Assembly (NCBI GenBank): GCA_002238765.1
Contig: MPMZ01000005.1
Location: forward strand, 1 to 32,000
Length of the DNA stretch: 32,000 bases
Direction of reading: 5' to 3'
DNA from: Nitrospira sp. bin75
Lineage (GTDB): Bacteria > Nitrospirota > Nitrospiria > Nitrospirales > UBA8639
Shown: positions 18,112 to 24,550 of the stretch, one piece after another
How positions within the stretch are numbered: position 1 is the stretch's first letter
Layout: each line of letters opens with the position of its first letter
The notes under the pieces: generated by a model
The model's database searches: none
Seen by the model: only the letters and a program-made list of their open reading frames with translations
Told to the model about the DNA's origin: nothing
Program-made: the position numbers and the translations under genes

Positions 18112-19146
18112 CTAAAGGGGTTTGCGAGCCAGGAAACAGTACAACGGCGTGAAGATCCCCGACTTGCCACCCGCGACGTAGGCGTCTGCGGTTCGATCCA
18201 GGAGACGGACGACTTCCGCGGAGCCCTTCGGAAAGAGCCGCAGCACCTCGGCCAGCTTCGATCCCGCGATACAACATCTGCGGCCCCATGGAAGCCTGCA
18301 CACGAGGTTACCCAGTGTCCCGTACCGCGTCTCCATGGGTTGATACCAGGGTGTGGACGGCCCCTCCTTGACGTCGCGGTCCTTCCCCTCGATGACCTGA
18401 AATCCCGCCGCTTCGAGCGCACGATTCACTTCCCCGAACGTCGCGATGTCCTTCAGCGCAATGCCACGCATAAGTTCCCGCTTGATGGCCCGGTGCCGGC
18501 TGTCGTTCGGATCGTACTTGTCCGTCAGACACATGTCCTGACCCCAGAACAGGGCTCCGGGTTTCAATACACGGAATATCTCCGCGAACGCGCGTGGCTT
18601 GTCCGGCGCATGGCACGTTGACTCGATGGCATAACCCCGGTCGAACGTCTCGTCTTTGATGGCGCTCATATCCATGAAGCTGCACGTCTCGTAATCGACC
18701 ATGTGGTCGAGCCCCGCCTCGGCGTTCAACCGTTTCGCATTTGCCAACTGGATGTGATTGATGTTGATCCCGACAACCCGGACACCGGCCTCACGGACGA
18801 CCCGGCGCATCGGGCCGCCGATCCCGCAACCGACATCGACCACCGTCATGCCGGGGTGCAACTCCAGCTTGGCGATCATCAACCGCTGGTGCCGGACTTT
18901 GGAATCCCCCAGACTCTCCTGAGGCGTGAGGGGTGCGAAGTGCAGGGATTCGCCCCAACCGTACACCATGAACTCGCTGCAAAGATCATAGTAGTCTTTT
19001 ACCGTTTGGGTGTGGTCGTATCCGTTCACGCCAGCAGCCTCCGGCGTCGCCCGGTCGATCCAGCCGTCGAAGTGCTCCACGCGACGGGTGACGTCCCCCT
19101 CCCGGTACGCTTCCTTGAGCGCGTGCAGAAGTTTGCCTAGTTGCAT
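18112..19146 (-). CDS. sterol C-24 methyltransferase family protein (ERG6/SMT-like), paralog 1
   Basis: 344-aa ORF with SMT region I variant YYDLCSEFMVYGWGESLHFAP, SAM motif VVDVGCGIGGP, IESTCHAPD, and the Sterol_MT_C-type end GGKSGIFTPLYCFLARKP. RBS GGAAGGAG lies before the ATG. Confidence 0.88.
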   Translation of the reverse strand: MQLGKLLHALKEAYREGDVTRRVEHFDGWIDRATPEAAGVNGYDHTQTVKDYYDLCSEFMVYGWGESLHFAPLTPQESLGDSKVRHQRLMIAKLELHPGMTVVDVGCGIGGPMRRVVREAGVRVVGININHIQLANAKRLNAEAGLDHMVDYETCSFMDMSAIKDETFDRGYAIESTCHAPDKPRAFAEIFRVLKPGALFWGQDMCLTDKYDPNDSRHRAIKRELMRGIALKDIATFGEVNRALEAAGFQVIEGKDRDVKEGPSTPWYQPMETRYGTLGNLVCRLPWGRRCCIAGSKLAEVLRLFPKGSAEVVRLLDRTADAYVAGGKSGIFTPLYCFLARKPL

Positions 19147-19238
19147 GATGAGATTTCTCCTTCCACTTTTGTGTCCACTGCGAAAACCGTGTCAGCAGTG
19201 GAGAGGACGGCGCCACCGGCGGCCTCGTCCATCGGCAC

Positions 19239-19577
19239 TCATTCCGAACCATCCGGATAGAATTGCCTGCAATACCGTCGATACGCGCCAATTTCCCCGT
19301 CCGAGCGACAGAGTAGCGGGCGGGGCCGATGCTGTTTTCGGCCCCAGATGACGACGTCCTGCAACACGTCCCGGCTCTGAGCCGCCATGATGATTTTGTT
19401 CATGAGCCTGGTGCGCAGGCGTAACGGCAGGAAGCGCATGCCCACGATCGGCCGCTTCGGTCTCAGGATTTGACGCACGTGGCTGACCAGCACCAGTTCG
19501 ACGAGTCTGCCGTCGATGGGCGTAGTCAGCACCCACAAACATGTGAAATCAGTCTCATGTCGTCTCCTCTCTGTCAA
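19239..19577 (-). CDS. possible small hypothetical protein between the regulatory module and SMT paralog 1 (start uncertain: TTG 19577 / TTG 19538 / GTG 19532 / ATG further in)
   Basis: It is the only frame in the 19147-19540 gap with protein-like composition and G/C-rich third positions (..PIDGRLVELVLVSHVRQILRPKRPIVGMRFLPLRLRTRLMNKIIMAAQSRDVLQDVVIW..). No family recognised and no clear RBS. Confidence 0.3.
   Translation of the reverse strand: MTERRRHETDFTCLWVLTTPIDGRLVELVLVSHVRQILRPKRPIVGMRFLPLRLRTRLMNKIIMAAQSRDVLQDVVIWGRKQHRPRPLLCRSDGEIGAYRRYCRQFYPDGSE
19526..19558 (-). other. candidate leader uORF, copy 1 (MRLISHVCGC*)
   Basis: The minus strand reads GAGAGGAGAcgacATG AGA CTG ATT TCA CAT GTT TGT GGG TGC TGA. 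The RBS, the ATG and the first six codons are conserved with the copy at 29284-29346. Confidence 0.3.
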
Positions 19578-19703
19578 CTCGTCCGCCTATTGTCTTCCCG
19601 GATCGTGTCCCGAGGCCTGGCGTAAAAGAGTTTTGCCCCACGCGCCTGCCAGCGGGCGGGTAGAAACATTCAGGATGCCACGGCAGATAATTTGAAACGC
19701 ACC

Positions 19704-19732
19704 ACTGTAGCCTACTGAAACCATGGAGTCTA
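19704..19732 (-). promoter_or_regulatory. candidate minus-strand promoter inside module copy 1
   Basis: On the minus strand TAGACT (19727-19732), a 17-nt spacer, then TACAGT (19704-19709). The same geometry occurs in copy 2 (TAGACT-17-TATAAT). Confidence 0.35.
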
Positions 19733-19867
19733 GTATTATGTGTTGCACTCCTATAATTTTATACTTGTCATTCCACAGGTGAAGAGACACCGACGAGGCA
19801 GGGGCTTCCGCCTCGTTGGAACATAAGGCCAAGGAGCTTGGACGTCATGCAGTGCAATAAATGATGC

Positions 19868-19896
19868 TTGCATATCTTGTTTGGCTCAGCTATAAT
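19868..19896 (+). promoter_or_regulatory. candidate plus-strand promoter for SMT paralog 2
   Basis: TTGCAT (19868-19873), a 17-nt spacer, then TATAAT (19891-19896), about 105 nt upstream of the GTG start at 20004. The -10 box is conserved in copy 2. Confidence 0.5.
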
Positions 19897-20003
19897 GTTA
19901 CTTCAGGATTTCTGTCCCGGCAACCCGAGTGTCACGGCCCTGCCCTCCCGAAAACGCGTGACAACGACCAGGACAAATCGTACGAATCCGGAAGAGTAAT
20001 CGA

Positions 20004-21035
20004 GTGAACCCTACGCCCGCCAAACAATCCAATTCTCGTTCCCTCGCGGATCTGGCCCCGGATGAAGTCAAATCCACGGTCGATGGATACACCGCGATCT
20101 ACGACGCCGGCCTGGAGAGCAGGAAAGAGCGTTATCAATCGCTCGTCAATCACTACTACGACTTGGTGACCGATTTTTTCGAATTCGGCTGGGGCCAGTC
20201 TTTTCACTTTGCCCCACGGCAACGAGGCGAGAGCTTCAAGGCGTCCCTGCTCAAGCACGAACAATTTCTCGCCGATCGGTTGTCCCTGAAACCGGGAATG
20301 CAGGTACTTGACGTGGGGTGCGGGGTAGGAGGTCCGATGGGTGCTCTGGCCCGCTATTCCGGGGCCAGCTTTGTCGGTATTAACAATAACGCCTACCAGA
20401 TCAAGCGCGCGAAACTGCACACACGGGATGTCGCATCGTTATGCCGCTTCATCTGCGGCGACTACATGCAGATTCCCGAAGGTGACGACCAGTACGATGC
20501 CGCCTTCGCCATCGAGTCAACGGCCCACGCACCGGACAAAACGGCGGCGTTCCGGGAGATCTTCCGCGTCCTGCGTCCGGGGGCCTGTTTCGCAGGCTAC
20601 GAATGGTGTCTCACCGATGAATACGATCCGGAGAACGCGAAGCACCTGAGGATCAAGAACGATATCATGGTGGGGGGTGGGTTACCGGATATCGCCGTCA
20701 CGTCAAAAATCTGCACCGCATTGCGCACGGCCGGATTCGAACTCCTGGAAGCCTGCGACCGCGCCCCCGAATCGGATCCGGAAATGCCCTGGTACCGCGC
20801 CTTGCAGGGTCGAGACCTCAGCATGGGGAGTATTCCGCGTACCCCTGTCGGCCGCGCCTTGACCAATTTGGTGTTACGGGTTGGGGAGAAATTGCGGCTG
20901 GTTCCGGAGGGCGCCCGCGAGGTCAGCACGCTGTTGAATGCAGGGGCGGACGCGCTGGTCGAAGGCGGCAAATCCGGAATTTTTACTCCGATGTTTTTTT
21001 TCCTGGCACGCAAACCCCGTCGCTCGGAAGACTGA
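20004..21035 (+). CDS. sterol C-24 methyltransferase family protein (ERG6/SMT-like), paralog 2
   Basis: 343-aa ORF with canonical SMT region I YYDLVTDFFEFGWGQSFHFAP, SAM motif VLDVGCGVGGP, IESTAHAPD, and C-terminal GGKSGIFTPMFFFLARKP. It uses a GTG start preceded by GGAAGAG. Confidence 0.9.
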   Translation: MNPTPAKQSNSRSLADLAPDEVKSTVDGYTAIYDAGLESRKERYQSLVNHYYDLVTDFFEFGWGQSFHFAPRQRGESFKASLLKHEQFLADRLSLKPGMQVLDVGCGVGGPMGALARYSGASFVGINNNAYQIKRAKLHTRDVASLCRFICGDYMQIPEGDDQYDAAFAIESTAHAPDKTAAFREIFRVLRPGACFAGYEWCLTDEYDPENAKHLRIKNDIMVGGGLPDIAVTSKICTALRTAGFELLEACDRAPESDPEMPWYRALQGRDLSMGSIPRTPVGRALTNLVLRVGEKLRLVPEGAREVSTLLNAGADALVEGGKSGIFTPMFFFLARKPRRSED

Positions 21036-21124
21036 ATGAAGTCGGTGTTCGACTCCGGGATCCTTCTCGACGTCGCTCATTCCCGTCGCGATCTGCCGAT
21101 GGAGAAGATGAACGCCGTTATCGC

Positions 21125-24100
21125 TCAAGACAAAGAATAGGTGGGAACCGCTTCAGGCAAGGGCGCCGTCGCGTCGGCAGCAGAGACGGCGGAGGCGGTC
21201 AGTTCCAGCCGGGCCCGACGCCGCTGCTCGTAAAGACCGAGCGCGTGCAGGGGAAAATACTGCCGATACAGGACGTAGTCCAACAGCGCCGTACGGAAAA
21301 AGATCCCGGCCATGTCTTGTTTGGGCCATGTCCCATCCGCTTCCTGGGTGTCGAGCAAAAACCGGGCGCCCCGCGAAATCGCGGTCCAGTTCGAATCCCC
21401 CGCCTCGAGGAGCGCAAGCATGGCCCACGAAGTTTGGATGACCTGACTTTCCTCATGCGCGACGTAGCGGCCGGTCAGGCACCCGCTGTGGTGCTCACCC
21501 CATCCCCCGTCTTCCCGCTGGCGGTCCAGTAACCACCGGCAGGCCAGACGTAGGGCCGGATCACCGGGACGGGCCCCGGCGGCCAGCAGCCCCCTGACCC
21601 CGAAGAAGGTGCCGTAGATGAACTGAACGCCCCAGACGCCGCGCCACGACCCATCGCTGGCCTGGTTCCGGCGAAGCCAGGTGTCAGCCCGTGAGACGGC
21701 GCTCATCATCGCCCCATCCGTGATTTGCGGGAAGTGCTCCTGACAGGCGGCGAGCGCCGCGAGACAAGACGCGGTGCACTCGACGTAGGAATGTTCGGTC
21801 GTCGACTCGCCGAACATCTCGGCCGGATTCAGCCACTCAAGAGGAACCACGGAGCGTTGCGCCTCGTAGCTCCCAAAACCGCCATCGCGGTTCTGACCGC
21901 GCAACATGAACCGAACCGCTTCGTCGAGCATTGTCGTGCTCGTGGCCTCGCAGTCCGCGGCGATAATCCCAAGCACCGCTTCCGCGGTGCAGTCGGTCAC
22001 CGGCCAGCCGTGCCATCCCCCTGGAAAACACCAGCCGCCCTTGGGGTCGCTCCGATAGGCCTCGCGAAATCCTTCGAAGCTGGTACCGATTTGTTCCCGG
22101 CGCAGGAAATCGGCTCCGCGTTGGAGGGCGGTTCGAACCCCGTCGAACTCGGGCACCGTCGCCAGCGCCTGCAGGGCGAATCCGGTATCCCACGAGGAGC
22201 TTCTCGCTCCGGTCACTCGCGCTCCACACTCCTCGTCTTCCCAGATCCAGCCGTCCAGCTTCGCGAACGCCTGCCGGCAGTCTGAATCGTTTGGATCACG
22301 CAGCCATAACGCAAGAATGTTCAGGAAGCCGCTGACCGGAGAGATGCTCGTGTGGCTGGTGGTTTGCAGCTCCCATTTGATGTGCCGAATGATCGATTCC
22401 ATACATCGGGCGCGCAGACGTTTGCCGTGGAACCGCTCGACTACCCGCGCCAACCCATATCCGGCACGGAGCCACACGCTGGGTCGCGCGTACAGGTCGG
22501 CGCTTCGCAAGCGATTGCGGCCCGCGGAAAAATTCACGTTGGCAAACCCCTGGGGGAACAACTCCTCTCGTAACGACGCGATCGTGGGCGTGACGGGTGC
22601 TTGAAACCGATGCGGGTAAATCGCCGCCATCGCCATATAGATGAGCCGGGTATGGCAGTACCAATTCGAGGGGTGTAACACGATCCAGCGCGGCAAGATC
22701 CACAACTCCGGGAGAATGGCGTTGACCCCGCGCCAGTCGTAGAGATGGAGAAGCGCCAGCCAGAACTTCCCCCAACTCGGGATATTGAGAACCCCTTCTG
22801 CTTGCATGAATCGACGGGCCGGCTCGATTAACGGATCATCCCGTTCGATACCGAGTAATCTCGCCGCGACGTACACCAGGGTGGTGACAAACAGGTTGGG
22901 TGGTGAGTGCTCGTGTAAACCCCATACGCCTTCCCGGAGACGGGTCCGTTCGAAGGAGCGTAGCACACGCCGGCACCGGCCGGGATCGAGCGGCCGCTCC
23001 ATCATGTGGAGCAATAACACATATTGCGCGGTCAGCATGGGACACCACACCATCTCACCCTCCCAAGCGCCATCCTCACCCTGGAGACGTAACAGACGCG
23101 CGCACGCGCTCTTCAAGGCCGGTTCGGCATAGGGTGACGCAACTTCCCTCGGGCGGATGGACTGGGGGTTACTCACGCTCGACGGCATGGAGACCAATAG
23201 CGCACGAGCCAAGGTGTCCCGAATTCGCTCGTCTTGTGCTCCGCCCTCGCCTCTCGCCTTGCGCAGATGTATGACGCCACGCAGGAGCCACTGGAGACGA
23301 ACGGCGAGCGCCTGAACGACGTCGCAGGCCCTCCGCCAAGCGAACTGGTCGCAGGATCGCGGAATCGCCCCGGCAACCGCCCGAAACACCATCGCGCAAC
23401 CCGCGAAACTCATATGGGATACCGATATGTCTTCACAGGCGAGCAAACGCATGGTCTCGTTGCGGAACGCGGAACTTGCCCGCCAACGCCGGTAGATCGC
23501 GTGTCTGACTGCCACCACCTCGGCCCGGTGATCGGCAAAGGTCTCATAGAGCTCCATGGCAAGGAGCTCGGGAGTGTGGGTCGCTTGGAAACGCTTTGTG
23601 GTGAAGTCGTGAAAGTCCTTGCCTTCGGCCAGCGTCAGCGCATCGCCGAAACCCAGGGGCATTCCCACCGCCGTCAGGGGATGGTAGTGCCCGGCCGCAT
23701 CGCCGATCAGCACTCGATGGGGGCTCCCGTACGTGACGCGCGGACTCAGTTCATTGGCCGCGGCCTGGAATTGCCCCGCCCGTAGCGCTTCGATAAACGC
23801 AGGCCTGAGTGTTTCCGGCAACACACCGGCATACGCGTCCGACAGAAAGCCAATCCGGTCCCAGGGTGTCCAGCCGTCCGATGGGACATCGACGATGACC
23901 CGGACGCAATGATCTCCCAAACGGTACATGAGAATTGGACCCGGTCCACCACACAACACGTGCCCATAACCCTCCAGCGGTAAACGCACCCCTCTCAATG
24001 TGACCCCCACCATCCGCGAGCAGGTCTTCGGTTTGATCGATAAGCCCAAGGATCGACGCACGATTGAGGCCCGGCCGTCGGCGCCGACAATCCGCGCGGC

Positions 24101-24550
24101 GGATAGGGATTTCTCTGTACCGTTGCAGGAAAACGTGACGCGCGCGTCTTCCACTGAACGGACCCACGCGTGGGGAATAAAGTCGACACCCGGTTCGCTC
24201 TCGATCGCTTCACGCAGATTCGAGACGATCGCCGCATGCTCGCACGCCAAACCGTGAAGTCCCTCCGGATAAGGGAGCACGATCGGCTCCGAGCCGTCTT
24301 CCGGGAACACGACAAATCCCTTACCGGTGGTGCTGAGGGGCTGCGTATCGAGCCTGATGCCGAAATCGCGTAACATCCGCACGGCAAGCGGATGCAGCCA
24401 TTCGCCCGCCATTCGTTTGGAAGCATTGGGATTGGCTTCGAGCAGAGCCACCCTGGCGCCGTTCCGCGCGTGAGCGAGCGCGCACAAGCTGCCTGCCGGA
24501 CCCGCGCCGACGATGGCAACGTCGTAGCGCCGAACAGTGGCGTCACTCAT
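21125..24550 (-). CDS. single-ORF fusion of squalene monooxygenase (epoxidase, N-terminal ~470 aa) and oxidosqualene cyclase (C-terminal ~650 aa)
   Basis: N-terminal YDVAIVGAGPAGS (FAD) and GDAAGHYHPLTAVGMPLGFGDA (squalene-epoxidase motif). The C-terminal part has QW-type repeats (GEDGAWEGE, RDGGFG, SDGSWRG, EDGGWGEH, ADGTWP) and the epoxide-protonating VTDCTAE motif (21980-22015). No in-frame stop lies between the domains. I place the start at ATG 24548-24550, which overlaps the cyp51 stop as ATGA; the ORF-track start 24787 adds 79 non-homologous residues. Confidence 0.88.
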   Translation of the reverse strand: MSDATVRRYDVAIVGAGPAGSLCALAHARNGARVALLEANPNASKRMAGEWLHPLAVRMLRDFGIRLDTQPLSTTGKGFVVFPEDGSEPIVLPYPEGLHGLACEHAAIVSNLREAIESEPGVDFIPHAWVRSVEDARVTFSCNGTEKSLSAARIVGADGRASIVRRSLGLSIKPKTCSRMVGVTLRGVRLPLEGYGHVLCGGPGPILMYRLGDHCVRVIVDVPSDGWTPWDRIGFLSDAYAGVLPETLRPAFIEALRAGQFQAAANELSPRVTYGSPHRVLIGDAAGHYHPLTAVGMPLGFGDALTLAEGKDFHDFTTKRFQATHTPELLAMELYETFADHRAEVVAVRHAIYRRWRASSAFRNETMRLLACEDISVSHMSFAGCAMVFRAVAGAIPRSCDQFAWRRACDVVQALAVRLQWLLRGVIHLRKARGEGGAQDERIRDTLARALLVSMPSSVSNPQSIRPREVASPYAEPALKSACARLLRLQGEDGAWEGEMVWCPMLTAQYVLLLHMMERPLDPGRCRRVLRSFERTRLREGVWGLHEHSPPNLFVTTLVYVAARLLGIERDDPLIEPARRFMQAEGVLNIPSWGKFWLALLHLYDWRGVNAILPELWILPRWIVLHPSNWYCHTRLIYMAMAAIYPHRFQAPVTPTIASLREELFPQGFANVNFSAGRNRLRSADLYARPSVWLRAGYGLARVVERFHGKRLRARCMESIIRHIKWELQTTSHTSISPVSGFLNILALWLRDPNDSDCRQAFAKLDGWIWEDEECGARVTGARSSSWDTGFALQALATVPEFDGVRTALQRGADFLRREQIGTSFEGFREAYRSDPKGGWCFPGGWHGWPVTDCTAEAVLGIIAADCEATSTTMLDEAVRFMLRGQNRDGGFGSYEAQRSVVPLEWLNPAEMFGESTTEHSYVECTASCLAALAACQEHFPQITDGAMMSAVSRADTWLRRNQASDGSWRGVWGVQFIYGTFFGVRGLLAAGARPGDPALRLACRWLLDRQREDGGWGEHHSGCLTGRYVAHEESQVIQTSWAMLALLEAGDSNWTAISRGARFLLDTQEADGTWPKQDMAGIFFRTALLDYVLYRQYFPLHALGLYEQRRRARLELTASAVSAADATAPLPEAVPTYSLS

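Larger units (their letters stand above)
19541..19950. promoter_or_regulatory. bidirectional intergenic regulatory module, copy 1 (between SMT paralog 1 unit and SMT paralog 2)
   Basis: Collinear with 29329-29741 at almost identical length. Shared blocks include atgtgaaatNagtctcatg..tctcNtctctgtcaactcg, tgtcttcccggaNcgtgtccc, gttttgcNccacg, gagtctagtattat, an acgaRgc..ccgcctcgt hairpin, agctataatg, and gagtgtc..ccctccc. Confidence 0.8.

Noticed and set aside
21125-23100. Possibility that the cyclase is a squalene-hopene cyclase, which would make this a hopanoid locus.
   Set aside because: The catalytic motif is VTDCTAE (oxidosqualene type), not DxDDTA. The cyclase is fused to a squalene epoxidase and surrounded by CYP51, an ERG24-type reductase and ERG6-type methyltransferases. 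No hpn genes (hpnH, hpnG etc.) are seen.
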